A stretch of 64,000 bases of DNA from Octopus bimaculoides (lineage: Eukaryota): positions 33,744,693 through 33,808,692 of the forward strand of contig NC_069004.1 of assembly GCF_001194135.2 (NCBI RefSeq), written 5' to 3'. Of this stretch, positions 1 through 10,047 are shown piece by piece (the first letter of the stretch is position 1; every line of letters starts with the position of its first letter). The notes beneath the pieces are model-generated. The model made no database searches. It saw only the letters and a list, made by a program, of their open reading frames with translations, and was not told where the DNA came from. Position numbers and translations under genes: made by a program.

Positions 1-645
1 CGGTGCTCCAGCATTGCCGCAGTCAAATGACTAAAACAAGTAAAAGAGTAGAGCTAATGAAATATTTGNNNNNNNNNNNNNNNNNNNNNNNNNNNNNNNN
101 NNNNNNNNNNNNNNNNNNNNNNNNNNNNNNNNNNNNNNNNNNNNNNNNNNNNNNNNNNNNNNNNNNNNNNNNNNNNNNNNNNNNNNNNNNNNNNNNNNNN
201 NNNNNNNNNNNNNNNNNNNNNNNNNNNNNNNNNNNNNNNNNNNNNNNNNNNNNNNNNNNNNNNNNNNNNNNNNNNNNNNNNNNNNNNNNNNNNNNNNNNN
301 NNNNNNNNNNNNNNNNNNNNNNNNNNNNNNNNNNNNNNNNNNNNNNNNNNNNNNNNNNNNNNNNNNNNNNNNNNNNNNNNNNNNNNNNNNNNNNNNNNNN
401 NNNNNNNNNNNNNNNNNNNNNNNNNNNNNNNNNNNNNNNNNNNNNNNNNNNNNNNNNNNNNNNNNNNNNNNNNNNNNNNTGTCTCTTTTAGAGATTACGA
501 AATGAAAGAACACAGGAAATGCTATAGTTAAATAGCTAATTATTTTCAGAAAATTCAAGTCATTGTTTCAAAGGTGTGGACAGAATTTCTTGGTCTTCTC
601 CACATTTTGTGCTACTTTTCTTTTTTGGTCCATATACTGCGGAAA

Positions 646-706
646 GAAGAATGGAATAGAAGAATGGAATAGAAGAATGGAATAGAAGAATGGAATAGAA
701 GAATGT
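646..706. repeat. 13-bp tandem repeat (GAAGAATGGAATA), about 4.5 units
   Basis: Read directly from the sequence. Confidence 0.9.
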
Positions 707-1758
707 AAATGGCAACAGAATAGAGATTAACATTTCACAATGTTTTTTTTACTTGTGTATGTTTTGTACGCCTAATTTCGTCTTAAATCTTGAAACAATT
801 TTCCCCGTTCAAAGTGTTAGCTTTGATCTGTGTATAAATCGCAACATTCCAGTTAAAAAGATTTTGTTTTTCAGTTGTAATTAGATATAAAATTCTGTTG
901 TGTCTGGCGAGAGTCATTTTCTTATTGTGCCTTAAATTTTAAGGCACAATAAGAAACAGAATATGCTTCAACACACGAAATCACATAGAACATCTTGCAA
1001 ACCAAATCCAAAAACGAAATAAATATAAAATACTATAAGTAAATGCGTTCTTTGTACCAATTGTCAATTACACACACACACACACACATACAACAACAGC
1101 AGCAACAACAACAAAAGCAAAACCCCCTTCGGTCACAAATAACCATGGGATTACACCTTGGATGTTCCCCTCCAAGGCACAATTTTGGGTATGGTTATTT
1201 GTGGAAGTTCCGCAGTCGCCCATGCATACCAGCCTCTCCTCTCCTCACCACCAATGTTATCCACAGAGAAAGCAAAGGCCAAGATACATGGCAAATAAAG
1301 TGAGTTCACGGCTGTATCCTACACCAGTTTTGCATAACCAGCCCCAGCCCATCCAAAAGTACCTTGGATCGTAAGGTCACCTGGTGTGCTTGAGGAGACC
1401 TATCGAGTCAAGTACATCAACATCAAAATGAAAATCAAATGGAAATTGTAGTTGTGATACCCGTGCTGGTGGCACGTAAAAAGCAGCCACTACACTCACG
1501 GAGTGGTTGGCATTAGCAAGGGCATCCAGCTGTAGAAACACTGCCATATCAGACTGGAGCCTGGTGCAGCCTCCTGGATTCCCAGACCCAAGTTGAACCG
1601 TCCAACCCATGCTTGCATGGAAAACAAATGTAAAACGATGATGATGATGATATATNNNNNNNNNNNNNNNNNNNNNNNNNNNNNNNNNNNNNNNNNNNNN
1701 NNNNNNNNNNNNNNNNNNNNNNNNNNNNNNNNNNNNNNNNNNNNNNNNNNNNNNNNNN

Positions 1759-1833
<75 letters not shown>

Positions 1834-2282
1834 TACATATATATATGTATACAGACGGATGTAAGCGGAAGAGTGTTTGTATCATTTAGCTGGGAGGGAG
1901 TACAATACCCAAGGCCTTTCTCAGGGCCTCCGGAAATGTTTGGAAGGTTGGAGAGAGGGAGAGCACCACCAAACGGGATGTCTGGTCCGATTGCTTGCAG
2001 CAGAGGTGAGTGGACTCTACTAGGAGCCAAGGGGGTGGGAGTGGGTCTGTGTTAATTTGGTAGATAGATTTAAGTGTGGCACCTGAGTGGGCCACAAGGT
2101 GAGCTGAATGAAAAGGAAGACGAAAAAGAAAAAGGGAGATGAAAAGAAGAAGGAGAAGGAGGAGAAGAAGAAGAAGAAGGAGAAGAAGAAGAAGAAGAAA
2201 AAAGAAGAAGAAAATGTCTTGGTAATGCTAGAAGGATAATGACATCGAGAATGATGATGATGATGATGATGATGAGCTAGAC

Positions 2283-2604
2283 CAGTGGTTCCCAAATTTT
2301 TTCAGGCTGCCTCCCCCTTGGTTCTAAGGCAATATTCCAAGTGACCCCCACCACCACCACCATCATTCACCATCATAGACATTGACCATTTGCTTCAGCA
2401 AATTTAAAGCAACACTATTTCACAAAAATTAACCTAATTAATCCTTCATTTTGTTCGTTATTTTAAAAATATTTTTACATCTTTTGCCCCGTTTTAGTCA
2501 CGCCATTATCGTCTCATTTTTCTTCAACTCCCCGTCCCCCGCTGGATTTTTCCACCGCACCCAGTGGGGGGGGGGGCAGTACCGCCCTCTTCGGGGAACC
2601 ACTG
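2283..2604. mobile_element. hAT (Charlie-like) non-autonomous DNA transposon / MITE, 322 bp
   Basis: TIRs CAGTGGTTCCC and GGGAACCACTG; 8-bp TSD AGCTAGAC / ATCTAGAC matching the NTCTAGAN target preference. Confidence 0.85.
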
Positions 2605-3282
2605 ATCTAGACNNNNNNNNNNNNNNNNNNNNNNNNNNNNNNNNNNNNNNNNNNNNNNNNNNNNNNNNNNNNNNNNNNNNNNNNNNNNNNNNNNNNNNNN
2701 NNNNNNNNNNNNNNNNNNNNNNNNNNNNNNNNNNNNNNNNNNNNNNNNNNNNNNNNNNNNNNNNNNNNNNNNNNNNNNNNNNNNNNNNNNNNNNNNNNNN
2801 NNNNNNNNNNNNNNNNNNNNNNNNNNNNNNNNNNNNNNNNNNNNNNNNNNNNNNNNNNNNNNNNNNNNNNNNNNNNNNNNNNNNNNNNNNNNNNNNNNNN
2901 NNNNNNNNNNNNNNNNNNNNNNNNNNNNNNNNNNNNNNNNNNNNNNNNNNNNNNNNNNNNNNNNNNNNNNNNNNNNNNNNNNNNNNNNNNNNNNNNNNNN
3001 NNNNNNNNNNNNNNNNNNNNNNNNNNNNNNNNNNNNNNNNNNNNNNNNNNNNNNNNNNNNNNNNNNNNNNNNNNNNNNNNNNNNNNNNNNNNNNNNNNNN
3101 NNNNNNNNNNNNNNNNNNNNNNNNNNNNNNNNNNNNNNNNNNNNNNNNNNNNNNNNNNNNNNNNNNNNNNNNNNNNNNNNNNNNNNNNNNNNNNNNNNNN
3201 NNNNNNNNNNNNNNNNNNNNNNNNNNNNNNNNNNNNNNNNNNNNNNNNNNNNNNNNNNNNNNNNNNNNNNNNNNNNNNNNNN

Positions 3283-3318
<36 letters not shown>

Positions 3319-3368
3319 CATACATACATATATATATACATACATATGTATGTATATATATGTATATA

Positions 3369-3408
<40 letters not shown>

Positions 3409-4783
3409 TACATACATACATACACACACACATGCACATATATATATTCTTATATATATTGTGAAATTAGCATGCAAGTGGCTGAGTACTCCACAGACAC
3501 GATGCATTCTCTTAACATAGTTCTCAGGGAGATTGAGCATGACACGGAAAGTGACAAGGCTGGACCCTTTGAAATACATGTACAACTCGTTTTTACCAGC
3601 TGAGTGAATTGGGGCAACGTGAAATAAAAGGGTTTTGCTCAAGGACACGATTAGCCAGGAATTGAACCCACGACTTTATGATCGCAAGTCGAATGCTCTA
3701 ACCACAAAGCCACACGCCTTCACTGATAGAATAAATACCAGACTTAAAATAAGGGTTAGGGTTTAGGGTTTGGGGTTAGGGTTGATTCATTCGACTAAAC
3801 CTTTAAACAAGCAAAAGGTGTGTGTTTGTGTGTGTGTGTGTGTGTGTGTTGAAATTTTATGGGGGAGAGGAACAGTGGATTACATCGACCCCAGTGATTC
3901 AGTGGTATTTAATTTATCGACCCTGAAAGGATGAAAGGCAAAATCGATTTCAACGGAATTAGAACTCAGAACATAAAGACGAACGAAAAGCTGCTCAGCA
4001 TTTTGTCCGGTGTGCCAACGATTCTGCGAGCTCGCTGCCTTGGAATATCGGAATATTAAATATATGAAAATATTTGTATATTGGAATAATAGCAGAATAT
4101 CAGGAGATAAGAATGTTCAAAAAATCTTGGAATGTCCGAAATAAGGGATGCACTGACCTGTGGAACGTTGTGTCCTTGAGGATTTTGGGTTAATCGACCG
4201 AAACATGGCAAAAAGAAACACATGGCATCGATTTGATTCTGATCACTTGTTCCTGAAAAGATTGTCTGAAAACGAAGATACAGATTTAGAAAGGGCGGAG
4301 TAGAAGAGGGATAGTGTGAGGATGGGGAGAGTTGTTTAGAGGGAATGAAGGGGGGGGGGAAGGAGGGGGAAGATGGAAAGAAGATGTGTGGAGAGAAAGA
4401 TCGAGATTCATGCAAGACAATCTTTCGCTAAAAGTCTGTGACGACATGAGCGAATGTGTGACGCTGTGTCTGTCTGCTCGGCGGGGCTGAACGGTCAAAT
4501 ACACACTTGCACACACACACCCACTCACAATTGACCGATACCGAAACATTACCATATTAACTACATTTTATTATAGACACACCACCGATAGTCTAGAACC
4601 TCTTATAATCCGTACTAATCTACTCTAATGCACTGATACCCGTAGTTCATTAAATTATTTTAAGTGAATTTAATTTTTGTTTAATTTAGAGAGTGTCAAC
4701 TGAGGTGACCTTCCCTTGTTCGGAAAAATGTGGGCATCTCATGGACTTCACAAGAATATGTAAAAGTGACATTTGAGATACTT

Positions 4784-4929
4784 TATTTACATTATTTACA
4801 TTTGACAAATATTTGTCCTCATCTTGTTTGTTGTTAACACAATGTTTCGGCTGATATACCCTCCAGCCTTCATCAGGTGTCTTGGGGGAAATTTCAAACC
4901 TGGGTTCTCATTCCTAAGGTATATTTCGA

Positions 4930-4973
<44 letters not shown>

Positions 4974-5030
4974 TCACTGCCTGGAATCGAACTCGGATTC
5001 TTGAGTGAAGGAGGTTAAGAGCACGGGATA
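4784..5030 (-). mobile_element. Hammerhead-tailed tRNA-derived SINE-like element, locus 1 (5' part inverted)
   Basis: Minus strand: B box GAGTTCGATTCC, (AAT)n, then AAGACAC CTGATGA A GGCTG-loop-CAGCC GAAAC ATT GTGTT and a TGTAAATAA tail. Confidence 0.8.
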
Positions 5031-5944
5031 TTAAAAAAGGTTGAGAACCATTGATCTAAGGTGTGTTTTAAACACCAGCTGGAAATCTATACCTGGCAAG
5101 AACTGGAAACTGGCACTCCGTCGGTTACAATGATGAGTGGTCCAGTTGATCCAACGGAACAGCCTGCTCGTGAAATTAATGTGTAAGTGGTTGAGTACTC
5201 CACAGACACGTGTACCCGTAACACAGTTCTCAGAGAGATTCAGCATGACACAGAATGTGAAAAGATCAGTCTTTGAAATACAGGTACTACTCATTTTTTA
5301 CCAGCTGAACGAACTGGAGAAATGTGAAGTAAAGTGTCTTGCTGAAGGACACAATACGTCATCGCGAATCGAACTCACGACCTTGCAATCGTGAGCCGCA
5401 TACCCTAACCACTAAGCCACATGCCTTCATGGAGCTCTGGAAAAGATTGGCTGGCTCAGTATGAAAGCTCGCTTCAATGCCATCCGTTTTGGGTGCTTTT
5501 AGGCTTTGGAATCGATTCCTTCATGGAGAATAAGGCCTTGATAATAAATGTTCCCAGCACGAACTGAAAAAAAGATTCCATGGCGTCTTCTGTTTCGCTT
5601 GGTAGGTCTGTCATTACAGGTGGGTCCCTATAGATTCAGAGATGGGTGCAATAGTAAAGATTTACCCAAAGTACCAGTAATAGTTGAGGGGATAGGTAGT
5701 GACCATGTGGTAGACTGGGTGGGCTGGAGGTAGCGGTGGGAAGTATTGTACCCTCTGTCGTTTTTACATCATGTAAATGCTGGGATTAGCTTAGGGTTGA
5801 GGAGTAGCTTAGGGGCTGGATTGGGGTCGAAGTGTGAGACAGACTTAATCATACATGCAAGCACGCGCACACGGAAACACACACACACACTCACAAATAT
5901 ACGTGTGTGTGTGTGTGTATGTTATATACATACAGATGGATATG

Positions 5945-6035
5945 TGTAGACAGATACATTAGATAGATAGACAGACAGACAACAGACAGATAGATAGTTT
6001 GAGAAAGATAGACAGACAGACAGATAGATAGACAG

Positions 6036-6068
<33 letters not shown>

Positions 6069-6247
6069 TAGATAGATAGATAAATAGATAGATAGTTAGA
6101 TAGATAGAGAGAGAGATAGACAGACAAACAGATAGATAGATAGATAAACAGTCAGTCAGACAGACAGGCAGGCAGACAAACAGACAGACATAGATAAATA
6201 AACACCGATCGTGTGTGTTTATGTGTATGTTTAACTATATGTGCCTT

Positions 6248-6279
<32 letters not shown>

Positions 6280-6292
6280 GGGAGAAGAGAGT

Positions 6293-6343
<51 letters not shown>

Positions 6344-6345
6344 GG
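5945..6345. repeat. Compound GATA/GACA/GA microsatellite
   Basis: Read directly from the sequence. Confidence 0.9.
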
Positions 6346-6689
6346 TATTTGCAACAGTAAGATGGTGATACAATAATATATCGTAAAATAAAAACAAGGG
6401 GACGGAAAATGAAAAGTGTAAAACTTTTTTAACTCACTTGTTTATCGAGATTGCCCAGACTCCTCCCGCCAAATATATTTCTATATCTATATATACATAT
6501 ACATACGCATATATATATGTGTACGTGTGTTTTTGGTACGTTCAAGTGTATAATTTTAAAGAAATCTATATAATATGTACATATAAATTAATGCAGTCTT
6601 TTGACCATGTACCCCCAAATATTCTTCGCTTTAGTGGTCTTTGATGGTCTTCCTTGTCAGACTTTCTGGCAGCAGAACCAAAATTTTAG

Positions 6690-6718
6690 TTCAAACCAAC
6701 CAATACACGCGCGCGAAA
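6690..6718 (-). promoter_or_regulatory. Cell-cycle-type promoter module: E2F site, CCAAT box and CHR element
   Basis: On the minus strand TTTCGCGC (6718-6711), ATTGG (6704-6700) and TTTGAA (6695-6690) fall within 29 bp. Confidence 0.45.
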
Positions 6719-7984
6719 CCGTTTTGTCTGCCTTCACAAACGCCTCCGATGTTTCTCGGCTTTTGCTTTTTGTTTTTAAATTGTAGTTTTTTTTTTGGTC
6801 TTATTTTGTTTTTCTCATAAAATCATGCAACTCCACACTTACGTACGCACACACACACACACACACATACATATACACATACATACACACATATACATGC
6901 ACACACATACGCACATACATAAACACACACACCCATGATTGTATGCGTACACGCACACACATACAGTTTATATATATANNNNNNNNNNNNNNNNNNNNNN
7001 NNNNNNNNNNNNNNNNNNNNNNNNNNNNNNNNNNNNNNNNNNNNNNNNNNNNNNNNNNNNNNNNNNNNNNNNNNNNNNNNNNNNNNNNNNNNNNNNNNNN
7101 NNNNNNNNNNNNNNNNNNNNNNNNNNNNNNNNNNNNNNNNNNNNNNNNNNNNNNNNNNNNNNNNNNNNNNNNNNNNNNNNNNNNNNNNNNNNNNNNNNNN
7201 NNNNNNNNNNNNNNNNNNNNNNNNNNNNNNNNNNNNNNNNNNNNNNNNNNNNNNNNNNNNNNNNNNNNNNNNNNNNNNNNNNNNNNNNNNNNNNNNNNNN
7301 NNNNNNNNNNNNNNNNNNNNNNNNNNNNNNNNNNNNNNNNNNNNNNNNNNNNNNNNNNNNNNNNNNNNNNNNNNNNNNNNNNNNNNNNNNNNNNNNNNNN
7401 NNNNNNNNNNNNNNNNNNNNNNNNNNNNNNNNNNNNNNNNNNNNNNNNNNNNNNNNNNNNNNNNNNNNNNNNNNNNNNNNNNNNNNNNNNNNNNNNNNNN
7501 NNNNNNNNNNNNNNNNNNNNNNNNNNNNNNNNNNNNNNNNNNNNNNNNNNNNNNNNNNNNNNNNNNNNNNNNNNNNNNNNNNNNNNNNNNNNNNNNNNNN
7601 NNNNNNNNNNNNNNNNNNNNNNNNNNNNNNNNNNNNNNNNNNNNNNNNNNNNNNNNNNNNNNNNNNNNNNNNNNNNNNNNNNNNNNNNNNNNNNNNNNNN
7701 NNNNNNNNNNNNNNNNNNNNNNNNNNNNNNNNNNNNNNNNNNNNNNNNNNNNNNNNNNNNNNNNNNNNNNNNNNNNNNNNNNNNNNNNNNNNNNNNNNNN
7801 NNNNNNNNNNNNNNNNNNNNNNNNNNNNNNNNNNNNNNNNNNNNNNNNNNNNNNNNNNNNNNNNNNNNNNNNNNNNNNNNNNNNNNNNNNNNNNNNNNNN
7901 NNNNNNNNNNNNNNNNNNNNNNNNNNNNNNNNNNNNNNNNNNNNNNNNNNNNNNNNATATATATATATATATATATACATACAT

Positions 7985-8288
7985 TCTTTTATTTGTTTTA
8001 GTCATTTGACTGAGGCCATGCTTATTCTATTGGTCTCTTACGCCGAACCGCTAAATTACGGGGACGTAAGCACACCAACATCGGTTGTCAAGCGATGGTG
8101 GGGGCAAACACAGACATAGAAACATACACACACACATATACGACGGCCTTCTTTCAGTTTCCGTCTACTAAATCCACTCACAAGGCTTTGGTTGGTCTGA
8201 GACTATAGTAGAAGACACTTTTACAAGGTGCCATGCAGTGGGACTGAACCCGGAACCATGCGGCTGGTAAGCAAGCTACTTACCACAG
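7985..8288 (-). mobile_element. SINE family A copy (internal deletion)
   Basis: Reverse-complement match to family A. Confidence 0.8.
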
Positions 8289-9359
8289 ACACACACACAA
8301 AACCGATAGCTGATACTTTGTTTTATCGACTCCAGTAGGATGTAAAAAACAAAGATGACTCCCATAGTACTTCCACCATTCCACACACCTGTTGTTAAAA
8401 CATAACGAGGCTGTATTCATTTACCATTCCTGTTAATCAAACCAAAACAACGTGAACTTCGTCGGCCGGTGAGGTCCTTCGATTCAATAACACAGTAACA
8501 GATTCCTAGAGTAGGATTTGCAGTCCTTCCCTCCCCAGGGACCACAATCGATCCTTTAATACGCTCGCTTTTTATTTAAATAGTTTTAAAGCTTGTAACC
8601 AGTTCTGGGCATTCGTACACAACTGTCCTCTCCCCATCGACTTTGTTTCCTCATAACTTACAGAAAAAAGGGTATTTTTAAAAGAAATTTTCTACATATA
8701 CGCTGCAGATAGTGTAGATTCCGAATTTATTGGAATTTGCGGTGAAAAATGTTTTCCGGGGTGGGATGAGGAGTTTCGGAAAATTCACAACACGTGTTGG
8801 CTTTTTCCTCATAACTTTCAGGAAAATAGGTAATTTTTTAAAAATGAAATTGTCTACAAATATCTTTCAGAGTGTATAGATTACGATTACATTGGAACAT
8901 GATATGAAAGAAAAATTGGTTGGCTCAGGTCAGTTAATAATTACAAAACGAAACTTAGAATTTTGAAAACAAAATGTGTTGTATCAGTATGTATGTGTGT
9001 GAGTGCTCACCATTTTTTGTTTTTTATATTAAATTCCGATATAACCGTAATCTGCACCATCTGAAACTTATTTGTAGAAAATTTCATTTACAAATATTTA
9101 TTTTGCTGGAAGTTACGAGGAAACAAAGTCGGTGGGCACTCATGTAGGTGTACCCATTTTGCCCCATCTTCCGTCATTTCCTTCAGCCAGTTTTCACTTC
9201 CAAAACACCCGTCTTCCCCATATATAATGAGCTCTAATTCTTAATTAAATACATTCGTCCCTTCCACAAAACACTGACACTTTACAAATATTCTCCTGCC
9301 GCCGTCTGCTCCTGGTTTTGTTATATTTCCTTCTTCTGTTTTGGTCACAGAACAAGGTG

Positions 9360-9880
9360 GAGATAGAGGTGGGGGAGAGAAGGAGAGAGAGAGAGAGAGA
9401 CAAACGAAAAGACAATCGTTGAGCACGACAAAGAAAGATAGAAAGAGAAAGAGAGAACGGAAGTGAGACAAAGACAGCAAAAAAGAGAAAGACAGAGAGC
9501 AAGTAAGAAAGAGAGACAGCGTATGTGAAAGAGAGATATAGCAAGAACAAGAGAGAGAGAGAGAGAATAAGAGCGAAAGAGAGGAGACAGATAAATAAGG
9601 AAAGATAACGAGAAAGAAAGAAAGACAAATAGACAATCACAGAGAAAAGGAAAGCGAGAAAGAGACAGAAAGAGAGATAAAGACATCGAGAAAAAGAGTG
9701 AGGAAAAAAGAGAGAACGAGACAGAAAGAGAGATACAGACATCGAGAAAAAGAGTGAGGAAAAAAGAGAGAAAGAGACAGAAAGAGAGATACAGACATCA
9801 AGAAAAAGAGCGAGGAAAAAAAAGAGAGACAGACAGACACTGAGAAAAAGAGTGAGGAAAAAAAGAGAGATAGAAAAATC
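9360..9880. repeat. GA-rich low-complexity tract with degenerate longer units upstream of SVIP
   Basis: AGAGACAGAAAAGAGAGATA..GACATCGAGAAAAAGAGTGAGGAAAAAAG is repeated about three times. Confidence 0.85.
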
Positions 9881-9978
9881 TAATAAAAAAGGGGGGACAA
9901 CTCCAAAAGCTCCGCACTCACGCCCTCTTGTTATGTAGCGCTCTCATCTCTTTTCTTCTAACATTTTCTTCACAAACT

Positions 9979-10047
9979 ATGGGACTCTGTTGCTGTTTTC
10001 TACGGAAAAACGACCACGAAGATGAAACCAATTTGAACCCTGACCCG
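9979..10047 (+). CDS. SVIP: SVIP exon 1
   Basis: ATG at 9979; 23 codons MGLCCCF...NPDP; donor ccg|gtcagt. Confidence 0.85.

Larger units (their letters stand above)
568..6480 (-). other. Possible unidentified spliced transcript (candidate exons ending at 6438, 4158-4265 and starting at 636); only 41-44 aa ORFs
   Basis: Donor acaa|gtgagt at 6438; acceptor cttcgttttcag| at 4265 with donor cag|gtcagt at 4158; acceptor ttctttccgcag| at 636. No recognisable protein family. Confidence 0.35.

Noticed and set aside
4158-4265. Kinase subdomain X or zinc-ribbon assignment for TIFSGTSDQNQIDAMCFFLPCFG
   Set aside because: The resemblance covers only a few residues, and the downstream residues expected for either family are absent.
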